Made by a program: the position numbers and the translations under genes. From assembly GCA_009778115.1 (NCBI GenBank), contig WRKL01000001.1:1-64000 (forward strand): a DNA stretch of 64,000 bases, given 5' to 3'. The stretch comes from Oscillospiraceae bacterium (GTDB taxonomy: Bacteria > Bacillota > Clostridia > Oscillospirales > Ruminococcaceae). Shown piece by piece: positions 8,903 to 18,231 of the stretch (positions are counted from its first letter, which is position 1; each line of letters begins with the position of its first letter). The notes below the pieces were generated by a model, which worked only from the letters and a program-made list of their open reading frames with translations, was not told where the DNA came from and did not search any database.

Positions 8903-9703
8903 TTAAAGCTTGTTGTAAGCGGAATGATCCAGCGGTCCCACAAACCGGTTGAGTGCGAATGAATTACGGATCGCTTCGGTCACGAAACGTTTTGCCCGCA
9001 AAAAGGCATTTAATATTTCAGAACCCTTGGCGAGTTCCGCAGCGGCCGCAGCAGAAAAGGTACAACCTGCCCCATGAGTATATTTCGTGTCGATTCTTTC
9101 CGCTTCTAATATCTCGAATTTTTTTCCGTCGTAAAACACATCAACGGCATTTTCATTCTCTGCAAATTTACCGCCTTTTATAACAACGCACCCTGCGCCT
9201 GTTTCTTTTATAATTTGCGCCGCCTGTTTCATATCGTCTATATTTTTAATATCTTTTATGCCGCTGAGCTGGGATGCTTCAAAAATATTAGGCGTTACCG
9301 CCGCCGCAAGCGGAACAAGTGTCCGTTTATAACATTCCGCTCCCTCGGGACTGACAGGCTCTCCCGCTCCTTTGCACACCATAACAGGATCTACTACTAC
9401 GTTTTTAATTTTATGTTTCTTCAGCGTATGCGCCACGAACTCTATGATTTCCGGTGTCGGCAGCATCCCTGTTTTCATTGCGTCAACGCCAATTCCTGCA
9501 ATAACCGTTTCCGCCTGACATTTAATTATATCCAAATCGACCGGAAAAACCTGATGATTCCAATTGTTATGCGGATCCATCGCAACTATAACCGTCAGCG
9601 ATGACATACCGTACACACCAAATTCCTGAAATGTTTTCAAATCTGCTTGTATTCCCGCTCCTCCGCTCGAATCAGATCCCGCGATAGTTAGTGCTTTTTT
9701 CAT
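8903..9703 (-). CDS. thiD: Hydroxymethylpyrimidine/phosphomethylpyrimidine kinase (ThiD/PdxK family)
   Basis: The blocks IAGSDSSGGAGIQADLKTF, DPVMVCKGAG and HGAGCTFSAA belong to the ribokinase-fold ThiD/PdxK family. Confidence 0.75.
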   Translation of the reverse strand: MKKALTIAGSDSSGGAGIQADLKTFQEFGVYGMSSLTVIVAMDPHNNWNHQVFPVDLDIIKCQAETVIAGIGVDAMKTGMLPTPEIIEFVAHTLKKHKIKNVVVDPVMVCKGAGEPVSPEGAECYKRTLVPLAAAVTPNIFEASQLSGIKDIKNIDDMKQAAQIIKETGAGCVVIKGGKFAENENAVDVFYDGKKFEILEAERIDTKYTHGAGCTFSAAAAAELAKGSEILNAFLRAKRFVTEAIRNSFALNRFVGPLDHSAYNKL

Positions 9704-9779
9704 TGTGAACTCCTTTTTTATTTTTTATTTTTTAGGCGTTTGCGAAATTCCACAACCCGGAACTACGGCACTTTGCGTT

Positions 9780-10535
9780 CTACTTGATAATTTTTACATC
9801 CGGCTCCCATTTCGATGTTTCTACCCTCAGCTCCGGAAATTCTCCGGACAAACGATCTCTCATATCTTCACATATCACATTTTCGGTATAAAAATGCCCG
9901 GCACAAATAAGATTTATTCCTTCGCGATGCGCTTCAAGCATAATGTGATACGGCACTTCCCCGGTCAAAAAAGTATCTGCGCCCTCGTCTGCGACTTTTC
10001 TGAAAAATTCTCCGCCGCCGCCGCAAATTATCGCTATCTTTTTACATTCGTTTCTTTCTTTTAAATATTCAACCGACCTTGACGATAATTTATCCTTTAT
10101 GCTTGCGACCAGCTCCTTTATGCCCAGCGGAATATCAGGCACATACAATCGCCCGCACCCGTCGGCAAAATTTATGACGGGTGCAAATCCCAGCTTATCA
10201 CACAGCGTATCATTCACACCGCCGGAAGCTATGTCAAGATTGGTGTGAGCGGAAATAACCGTAAGCCCCGCTCTCGCCGCTTTATACACACTCGAATTCG
10301 AAAACACCCTTGTCATCGGCTTGTATATGGGCGGATGATGGGTTATAACCAGCTTTGCTCCGATTTTTTCCGCTTTGTTTATTGTTTCATCCGTTAAATC
10401 AAGCACAATTAAAACGGCTCCGGTTTGTTCATTTAAACTTCCCGCTATAAGCCCGACATTATCGTTTCCGTAAATAACCGAAAACGGAGCTATTTTATCT
10501 ATAAAATTATATATATCTTTTATTATCATACCCAA
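9780..10535 (-). CDS. Nif3-family dinuclear metal-centre protein (YqfO-like)
   Basis: LVITHHPPIY and ISAHTNLD are Nif3 motifs. It sits downstream of trmK, as in the B. subtilis yqfN-yqfO pair. Confidence 0.8.
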   Translation of the reverse strand: MGMIIKDIYNFIDKIAPFSVIYGNDNVGLIAGSLNEQTGAVLIVLDLTDETINKAEKIGAKLVITHHPPIYKPMTRVFSNSSVYKAARAGLTVISAHTNLDIASGGVNDTLCDKLGFAPVINFADGCGRLYVPDIPLGIKELVASIKDKLSSRSVEYLKERNECKKIAIICGGGGEFFRKVADEGADTFLTGEVPYHIMLEAHREGINLICAGHFYTENVICEDMRDRLSGEFPELRVETSKWEPDVKIIK

Positions 10536-10536
10536 C

Positions 10537-11307
10537 CTAACTCCTTAACTTTTTATAAGCAGGCAGTTCTTTCAAACCACGCAGAATATCCCGATAATAT
10601 TCGGATTTTTCGTTTTTGCTTTGTGCGATTATGCTAAGCTTTTCATAGTAGCTTTGTGCGTATTGCTGCGCCGCAGAATCTGTTTTATATGCTATCAATC
10701 CTCCGTGACACAACATTTGCAATTGCCGCTCTGAAATCAATGATTCAGGTTTTCCCACAGTGGTTTGAGCTAGAATTATTATATAAGATTTCCTGCCCTC
10801 GGTCACCGCAAATTCGTCAACTATTTCGAATCCTCCGGAAAAATTGCCGTATGAGCCTGAAGCAAACTTTTTTGTCAAAAGATACCGGCGCAGTTCGGCG
10901 GTACGGGTCATGGGCTGTAAAATCAAGCGAATTCCGGGTTTGGATAAAACTTCGGATTTTTCTGCGGCTTTTTCCAGTATACCGCTTATAAGTTCTCCGC
11001 CCATTCCCGCAATAACAACATCGTCGGTTTCGTTTATGCCGTCCAGCCCGTCGGTAAGCATTAATTTTACCGATTCGTTTGTACTGTGCTTATTTTTATG
11101 CGGCATTGCATATACACGCTTTAACGTGCGGCGTGCGGATTCAAGCGGACCTGCGTTTATGTCGGTTGCCGTCACATTACCGGTAATGTTTTCCTGCAGC
11201 AAATACGCCGCGAGATACCCATGGTCACAACCCACATCCACAACAGCCGCTTGCGGACGTATAAGTTCGGCTATCTTTTTTAATCTTGGCGAAAGTAAAA
11301 TATTCAT
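10537..11307 (-). CDS. trmK: tRNA (adenine22-N1)-methyltransferase TrmK-like SAM methyltransferase
   Basis: It has the SAM-binding motif VVDVGCDHGYL. Synteny with nif3 supports the call. Confidence 0.7.
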   Translation of the reverse strand: MNILLSPRLKKIAELIRPQAAVVDVGCDHGYLAAYLLQENITGNVTATDINAGPLESARRTLKRVYAMPHKNKHSTNESVKLMLTDGLDGINETDDVVIAGMGGELISGILEKAAEKSEVLSKPGIRLILQPMTRTAELRRYLLTKKFASGSYGNFSGGFEIVDEFAVTEGRKSYIIILAQTTVGKPESLISERQLQMLCHGGLIAYKTDSAAQQYAQSYYEKLSIIAQSKNEKSEYYRDILRGLKELPAYKKLRS

Positions 11308-11333
11308 ATTTTATTTTCCGCCGGCGGTTTCCA

Positions 11334-13775
11334 TCAAAGCATCCTCCAAATATTATTGATGTACTCTCTGATTGAACGGTCAGCGGAAAAAACTCCGGAT
11401 TTCGCTATATTCATAAGCGACATACTATTGAACTTCTGAGCGTTGCTGTAAACCTCGCTCACCTTCGCTTGCGCTGTACGGTAACTGTTGAAATCCGCCA
11501 GCACCATATATGGATCAGACCAGCGCAGGGATGAAGCTATTTCGTCAAAACTGCTTCCGTTAATGCCTGATGTCATACAATCTATAGCGTTTCTTATTAT
11601 GGTGTTCTGCTCATAATACATCATCGGCTTATAATCCTGATTTTGGATCTTTTGCACTTCGTCCGCCGTTAACCCGAACGTAAAGATATTTTCGCTGCCT
11701 ACCGCCTCGCCTATCTCAACATTAGCACCGTCCAGCGTTCCCAGCGTCACCGCGCCGCACAGCATAAGCTTCATGTTGCCCGTTCCGGATGCTTCGGTCC
11801 CCGCTAATGATATTTGTTCGCTTATTTCGCCGGCGGGTATAAGTATTTCGGACAGTGTCACGTTATAATCTTCCATGAATATTACACGGAGTTTGTCTTT
11901 GATTGACGGATTTTTTTCCAATTCTTCGGAAAGGGAACACAATAGCTTTATTATTTGTTTCGCCAAATAATACCCCGGGGCGGCTTTGGCGGCAAAAATG
12001 TAGGTTTTGGGTACAAAGGGTATATCCGGATTTTCCAGCAGCGCCAGATATTCGGATATGATATTTAATGCGTTGAGATGCTGACGCTTATATTCATGCA
12101 GCCGTTTAATTTGAACATCGAAGATTGAATCCGGATTAAGTGTTCTTCCCGAAACTTTCTTGACATATTCGGCAAATCTTATCTTATTCAACTTTTTAAC
12201 TTCCGCCAGTTTTAATAATACCTGTTCATCGTCCTTGTATTTCGCGAACTTTGCAAGCTGGGATGCATCCTTGATAAACTCGTCGCCAATCGTTTCCTTT
12301 AACAACTCGGTGAGTGCGGAGTTGGATTGACACAACCAGCGGCGGTATGCGATCCCGTTAGTCACATTCTTGAATTTGTGCGGATATTCTTCATAAAATT
12401 CGCGGAATACATCTTGCTTTATTATTTCGCTGTGCAGCCTGGACACACCGTTGATCGAATGCGCAGCAAACGCACAAAGATTAGCCATCCTTACAGTATG
12501 TCCGTGTATTATCTCCATTTTTTGGATCTTTTCGTTTCTTTCGTGTTCGGCGGAACTAAATCCTTTCTTTTGCAATTGAGTTTTCAAGGTTTTGTCAATT
12601 TCTGTTATCAGCTGGTATATACGCGGCAGAAGCTCTTTCAACATATTCGAATCCCACGCCTCGAGCGCTTCCCGCATAACCGTATGATTGGTATACGCAA
12701 AGGTTCCGCTCACCAACATCCAGGCTTTCTCCCAGCTGTAACCGCACTCGTCAAGCAATACCCGTAACAATTCCGCTATCGCAAGCGTGGGGTGCGTGTC
12801 ATTTATATGTATAGCGTTTTTCACATCAAAGTTATCCATCGTATCATATTGGCTCAAATGGCGCTGCACAATATCACCGACCGCCGCCGCGCTGAGGAAA
12901 TATTGTTGTTTCAAACGCAAAATTTTACCCTGAAGATGATTGTCGTTTGGATACAAAACCTTGGATATTGCCTCCCCGCTGGTTATTTGTCCGACTGCCT
13001 GGGTGTAATCACCCCGATTAAAACTTTCCATATCAAAAGCCAGGCTTTCCGCTTTAAACAATCGCAGGGTCGAAACCGAATTTGAATTATACCCTGTAAC
13101 AAACATATCATAAGGAACCGCTTTTACCGTTGAATAATTCTTATAATCCACATAATGATAATCGTTGTCCCAATATTCTTCTATTTCTCCGCCGAACCGC
13201 ACGTTGATAGTGAATTCCGGACGGGGTACAAGCCATACATCGCCGCCCGAAAGCCATTCGTCGGGGAGTTCTGTTTGCCATCCGTCTACGATCTTTTGCT
13301 TAAATATTCCGTATTCGTAAAGAATAGAATATCCGAACGTCCATTGTTCCGCCGTTGCCAGCGCATCCATATAACAGGAAGCAAGCCGTCCAAGACCACC
13401 GTTACCCAGTCCCGCATCCGGTTCATAATCATATATTTCTTCGAGCTTTACATCCTCGCTTTTAAGCACCGCTTCAAAATCTTCGATCAAGCCGAGATTA
13501 TACAAATCCGTCTTTAACGAACGTCCCATCAGGAATTCCATCGACAAATAGTTTACACTCTTTTTACCTTTGGAAATTTGAGCTACCCTATTCTTCGAAC
13601 TTTTGTCCATCAAAATTTCGGTTACCACACTCGCAACCGCATTGTAAAATTGCCTATTCGAAGCTGAATCGAACCCTACACCCGCTCGATGCTTCAAATA
13701 ATCGCCTATCTTTTGTTTTATCCGTGAACGTGAATAATGCTTTTCCATAGAATTATCCCCTTTTGCATATAGCAT
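11334..13775 (-). CDS. glgP: Alpha-glucan (glycogen/maltodextrin) phosphorylase, family GT35
   Basis: It is 813 aa. The blocks YLSMEFLMGRSL, EASGTGNMK and TNHTV match the PLP-dependent phosphorylase signature. Confidence 0.9.
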   Translation of the reverse strand: MLYAKGDNSMEKHYSRSRIKQKIGDYLKHRAGVGFDSASNRQFYNAVASVVTEILMDKSSKNRVAQISKGKKSVNYLSMEFLMGRSLKTDLYNLGLIEDFEAVLKSEDVKLEEIYDYEPDAGLGNGGLGRLASCYMDALATAEQWTFGYSILYEYGIFKQKIVDGWQTELPDEWLSGGDVWLVPRPEFTINVRFGGEIEEYWDNDYHYVDYKNYSTVKAVPYDMFVTGYNSNSVSTLRLFKAESLAFDMESFNRGDYTQAVGQITSGEAISKVLYPNDNHLQGKILRLKQQYFLSAAAVGDIVQRHLSQYDTMDNFDVKNAIHINDTHPTLAIAELLRVLLDECGYSWEKAWMLVSGTFAYTNHTVMREALEAWDSNMLKELLPRIYQLITEIDKTLKTQLQKKGFSSAEHERNEKIQKMEIIHGHTVRMANLCAFAAHSINGVSRLHSEIIKQDVFREFYEEYPHKFKNVTNGIAYRRWLCQSNSALTELLKETIGDEFIKDASQLAKFAKYKDDEQVLLKLAEVKKLNKIRFAEYVKKVSGRTLNPDSIFDVQIKRLHEYKRQHLNALNIISEYLALLENPDIPFVPKTYIFAAKAAPGYYLAKQIIKLLCSLSEELEKNPSIKDKLRVIFMEDYNVTLSEILIPAGEISEQISLAGTEASGTGNMKLMLCGAVTLGTLDGANVEIGEAVGSENIFTFGLTADEVQKIQNQDYKPMMYYEQNTIIRNAIDCMTSGINGSSFDEIASSLRWSDPYMVLADFNSYRTAQAKVSEVYSNAQKFNSMSLMNIAKSGVFSADRSIREYINNIWRML

Positions 13776-14169
13776 ATGACGGAACCTGAATTTATCCGTT
13801 TCTTTCCGGAAGAAGAAAAAAGTTTTTGAATAAAATTATTGTTTCATGAGCATATCAAAAATAACACCGTAACAATTCCGTACCCCTAAAATTAAGATCC
13901 CAAAAATCTATTAGACCGACTTGGCGGACTTGGCGGATTTTGAAAAATTGTTCCACGCACGAATTTGTTTTTTGGTAACCGGTGGATTTTAGAGATTGCC
14001 TATATTTATATAGTATAAACTTTTTTTCTAAAGTTGCAACTGTTTTTTTCTGCCCCACGTTCACCCGCGGGCATTTTTTCATACCCTACAGACAAAAAAA
14101 TCCTTTTTTTATTTTTCATGCTGCAATTATATCATACCCAAATACTATTTATCTGCTTTTAATTTTTTC

Positions 14170-14433
14170 TTATTCGAGAACGGATTTTATAGCTTTTGCT
14201 AATTGATCAGGGCAGGACGTACCCCTCTTCCCGCAAACAATACCCTCCAGCTTTCGTGTCGCTTCGTTTGCTTGCATTCCTTCTACCAAACTGGAAATAC
14301 CGCGCGTATTTCCGCTGCAGCCTCCGGCAATATTTACCTTGCTTACAATCGGCGTATTACCCGAACCGCCGGTCAGCTCAAAGGTAATTTCGGATGCGCA
14401 AACACCCTTGGGTTTAAAAATATATGACGGCAT
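14170..14433 (-). CDS. TSCPD-domain small protein (TIGR03905-like)
   Basis: It contains the GTSCPDQLAKAI motif. The RBS AAGGAGG lies 7 nt upstream of the ATG at 14433. The track ORF begins further upstream. Confidence 0.6.
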   Translation of the reverse strand: MPSYIFKPKGVCASEITFELTGGSGNTPIVSKVNIAGGCSGNTRGISSLVEGMQANEATRKLEGIVCGKRGTSCPDQLAKAIKSVLE

Positions 14434-14498
14434 AATAAACCTCCTTGTTTGATATATATTTTCTTTATAATTTCTTATTTGCATTTTTAATGAGGTGT

Positions 14499-16733
14499 TC
14501 AAAAAGTAATTTGTTTGCCCATATCTTCCTTTTGCAAACGAATCCCTTTCGCCGGAAGAGTTTTGGTGCGATAACGGTGGGGACTTTTAAATTGACCTTC
14601 GTTATATTTTTCGGCTGCAACCGCCAGTTGTGTTTTTCCCGTAGACATAACAGCGACCCCCTGGGTTGAACGGGTCGTTTTGGCATTGAGTACCGCGCCG
14701 GAAAAGAGCAGTTTCCTTCCGTTCGAGGCAGTGATAACAAATTCTGTATCCGAGCAGCAGAAAGCGGCGATAAGCGGTGATTTTATATTATACGCACCGG
14801 ACAGCTTCTTGCGGCGGGTAACAGTTTTATACGATGATACGGGGATCTTAGCGACTTTTCCGTTTTGGAAAAAGAAGAATATATGTTCACGGTATTCTGT
14901 TGTAAGTGCAGTAAAAATTAACTTTTCGTCGTCCTCAAACCCTAATTTTGCCGGAACATATTCGCCCAGCACACTGGCCTTCGTATCCTCAAATTCATGC
15001 GCAAAAGCTTTGTAGCACTGTCCTTTTGAGGTGAAAAATAAAAGTTCGGAATTATTGACCGCTTCGGTTGACAGCACCAGTTTGTCGTCTTCCTTAAGTT
15101 TTTGTTCGGACGACATACGCAGGGATTGCGGGGTTATTTTTTTGAAATAGCCGTGATCTGTAACAAATATGTTTACCGGGTAATTCGGCGGTGCTTCATC
15201 CTCGGTATCGCCGTCTTCTATATCTTCATATATAAGTACGGTTTTGCGAGGTTTCGAATATTCTTTGTTGTTTTTAATTTTCTTTAGTTCATCTATGATT
15301 ATCTTCTTGACTTTATTTTTGTCTTTTAATATTGATTGCAATTCGGCTATTTCAAGAGTAATTTGTTCTATTTCGCCTGTCCTTTTTAATATATATTCAC
15401 GGTTAAGGTGGCGCAACCGGATTTCGGCGACGTATTCCGCCTGCACCTCGTCAATCCCGAAGCCTATCATAAGGTTAGGTATAACTTCCTTTTCTTCTTC
15501 GGTTTCGCGGACAATACGCACCGCTTTATCTATATCAAGCAGGATTTTTTGCAAGCCCTTGAGAAGATGGAGTTTGTCGGATTTTTTCTTCATATCAAAA
15601 TGTGTACGCCTTTGCACACATTCGATACGGAACGCTATCCACTCTTGTAATATTTCGCGCACGCCCATTACACGGGGACTGCCCGCGATCAATATGTTGA
15701 AATTACAACTAAAAGAATCCTGCAACGGGGTCATTTTAAAGAGCCGTTTCATAAGCTTCACATGATCGGTTCCGCGCTTGAGATCCAAAGTCAGTTTTAA
15801 TCCGCCCTTGTCTGTTTCATCCCGCATATCCGAAAGCTCACGAATTTTGCCCGTTCTTACCAATTCCGTGATTTTACTCATCACGGCTTCAATTGTGGTA
15901 GACGGCGGTATTTCGGTTATGTCGATACAATTACAGCTTTTGTCGTAGGAATACTGTGAGCGAATTTTGAAACTTCCGCGCCCGGTTTCATAAACACGTC
16001 TAAGATCCTCATCGTTGTTGAGCAGTATTCCTCCGCCGGCAAAATCGGGACCCTTTAAAGTATGATATATATTGAAATCATCGTCTTTTAACAAGCCTAT
16101 AGTCGTATCGCAGAGTTCCGCAATATTAAAGCTGGCAATAGAACACGCCATCGAAACGGCGATCCCGACCGTTGTGTTCGCTAAAATCGCCGGAAAAGAA
16201 GCGGGCAGCAGTACCGGCTCGGTAGTAGTGTTGTCGTAATTGGGAACAAAATCCACGGCATCCTCGTCGATATCCTTAAAAAGTTCGATGCATAAATCAG
16301 CCAGCTTAGCTTCGGTATAACGTGAAGCGGCACACGAAATGGTGCTTGAGTATGCCTTGCCGAAATTCCCCTTAGATTCAACATAAGGGTGCAGCAAAGC
16401 TTCATTCCCTACCGACATACGCACAAGGGTATCATATATCGCCATTTCACCGTGGGGGTTAAGCCGCATAGTTTGACCTATGATATTGGCAGATTTTGTT
16501 TTTGCTCCGTTCAGCAATCCCATTTTATACATGGTATACAGGATTTTACGCTGACTTGGCTTGAAACCGTCTATTTCAGGCAGCGCGCGCGAAACTATAA
16601 CACTCATAGCGTAGGGCATAAAGTTTTGCTTTAATGTATTGGTGATAAGTTGTTCCACAACTATACCCGCACCCTCAATATGCGCATCGTTATTTATCGG
16701 ATTTTCGAGTTTTTTCGGCAAATTAATAACCAT
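14499..16733 (-). CDS. parC: Type IIA topoisomerase subunit A paralog (ParC/GyrA-like, lacking a GyrA-box)
   Basis: The N-terminus is YAMSVIVSRALPEIDGFKPSQRKILY. The active-site Tyr is in AASRYTEAKL. It is 744 aa and has no QRRGGKG box, so it looks like topo IV rather than gyrase. Confidence 0.75.
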   Translation of the reverse strand: MVINLPKKLENPINNDAHIEGAGIVVEQLITNTLKQNFMPYAMSVIVSRALPEIDGFKPSQRKILYTMYKMGLLNGAKTKSANIIGQTMRLNPHGEMAIYDTLVRMSVGNEALLHPYVESKGNFGKAYSSTISCAASRYTEAKLADLCIELFKDIDEDAVDFVPNYDNTTTEPVLLPASFPAILANTTVGIAVSMACSIASFNIAELCDTTIGLLKDDDFNIYHTLKGPDFAGGGILLNNDEDLRRVYETGRGSFKIRSQYSYDKSCNCIDITEIPPSTTIEAVMSKITELVRTGKIRELSDMRDETDKGGLKLTLDLKRGTDHVKLMKRLFKMTPLQDSFSCNFNILIAGSPRVMGVREILQEWIAFRIECVQRRTHFDMKKKSDKLHLLKGLQKILLDIDKAVRIVRETEEEKEVIPNLMIGFGIDEVQAEYVAEIRLRHLNREYILKRTGEIEQITLEIAELQSILKDKNKVKKIIIDELKKIKNNKEYSKPRKTVLIYEDIEDGDTEDEAPPNYPVNIFVTDHGYFKKITPQSLRMSSEQKLKEDDKLVLSTEAVNNSELLFFTSKGQCYKAFAHEFEDTKASVLGEYVPAKLGFEDDEKLIFTALTTEYREHIFFFFQNGKVAKIPVSSYKTVTRRKKLSGAYNIKSPLIAAFCCSDTEFVITASNGRKLLFSGAVLNAKTTRSTQGVAVMSTGKTQLAVAAEKYNEGQFKSPHRYRTKTLPAKGIRLQKEDMGKQITF

Positions 16734-16762
16734 CCTTAACTATACTTTATTCGCGGCAGTTT

Positions 16763-18214
16763 TTATTTTTCCGCAGACGATCGTTCTTTTATATACCGTT
16801 TCATTTCTTCTGCTTCTCCCGTTTTATATTTCCGGTGGGGTCTAGTACAAGCGTTTAGATTTTTATGGCTTGTTAACGGGGAAAACAAAAATCTTTCGAA
16901 CAATATTTCCTTAAATTGATTGATCATTGTTTCATTTTCGGGAATGCCTGATATATCCTTAAGTTCAAAGGGATCGTTTTTAATGTCGAAAAACATTATG
17001 TTTTCCATTGAACCGTTAATAAGCAATTTATGAGTTTGGGATCTAACCATATATTCATTCGAATCCGTAAAATATTCGGCGATGACGTACCCTTCGTTAT
17101 CTTTTATTTTCATGGAATCGGGAGTTTTTACGCCGCATTCCGTAAAAATCATTTCCGGCAAATCTGTTGTGCAGGTTAAATCTGAATGTTTGCTGATACG
17201 GCGATTGTCCGGATATTTTATCACCAGGGGTATTTTCATCAGAGGGTCATACATAAAACCGCCTTTAAGCAATAAATGATGAAAGCCCATATAATCACCG
17301 TGATCGGCGGTATATATTATCATTGTATTTTCATAAATCCCCTTTTTTCGCAGCAGAGAAACCATTTTTCCCACGGAATCATCAATCTGGGTTATGGTTG
17401 AATAATACATTGACATAACATGGCGAAGAGTGTTTTCGTCAAGGTTATCATAATCAAAATAGTATTTTCTTTTTTTGTCTGCCTCAGGTATCTCCGGGGT
17501 GTACCCGGGGAGGATCGCTAACGTGTTTTTATCGTATATTTCGGCATATTTACCCGGGGGATCAAACGGATGATGCGGCTTGATAAAACCCGTCACCAGC
17601 AAATTGTTTCCATTGCCCCATTTATCTATAATTTCCAGCGTACGGTCGGTGATCCAGGTAGTTGAATGATGCTCCTGCGGAAGATTGGATTTTAAAGCAC
17701 CAAAATTCTCCCAATATTCAGCCGGGGCTCTCTCCCGGCATTCGGCGCATTGATCATATAAATCGACGGTATCTATCAGGTTAAGCTTTTTAAGATATTT
17801 GTGATAATCGTCTTCAAAACGTCCCGGACCGTTTTGCTCGGCGAGCAGCATTTCATCAAATCCGATGTTAAGATATGCAGGTGTGAAATGCATTTTGCCC
17901 ACAGCCGCAGTTTTATAACCCTCACGCTTCAGGACACGGGGAAAAGTTTCAATACCGCCGGGCAGAGTGCATGAATTATCCAGCCCCAGATGTTCATGCG
18001 GATATTTTCCGGAAAATAAAGAATACCGCGACGGCGTGCAAACGGGATACGGACAAAAGTGAGCATCAAAAACTACTCCGTCCCCGGCTATCGCTTCAAG
18101 GTTCGGGGAAATTACATCCGGATTTCCGTAAACAGACAAACAATCCTGTCTGTGCTGATCCGCTAAAATTAAAAGTACATTCGGCTTTTCTTCTTTTTTA
18201 GACAAATTACGCAA
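16763..18214 (-). CDS. Cys-type sulfatase (formylglycine-dependent) with no signal peptide
   Basis: It has the C-T-P-S-R FGly signature (PVCTPSRYSLFSG). The LLILADQHR N-terminal sulfatase block is present. There is no N-terminal hydrophobic leader. Confidence 0.8.
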   Translation of the reverse strand: MRNLSKKEEKPNVLLILADQHRQDCLSVYGNPDVISPNLEAIAGDGVVFDAHFCPYPVCTPSRYSLFSGKYPHEHLGLDNSCTLPGGIETFPRVLKREGYKTAAVGKMHFTPAYLNIGFDEMLLAEQNGPGRFEDDYHKYLKKLNLIDTVDLYDQCAECRERAPAEYWENFGALKSNLPQEHHSTTWITDRTLEIIDKWGNGNNLLVTGFIKPHHPFDPPGKYAEIYDKNTLAILPGYTPEIPEADKKRKYYFDYDNLDENTLRHVMSMYYSTITQIDDSVGKMVSLLRKKGIYENTMIIYTADHGDYMGFHHLLLKGGFMYDPLMKIPLVIKYPDNRRISKHSDLTCTTDLPEMIFTECGVKTPDSMKIKDNEGYVIAEYFTDSNEYMVRSQTHKLLINGSMENIMFFDIKNDPFELKDISGIPENETMINQFKEILFERFLFSPLTSHKNLNACTRPHRKYKTGEAEEMKRYIKERSSAEK

Positions 18215-18231
18215 TTCTCCTCATTTGTCAC

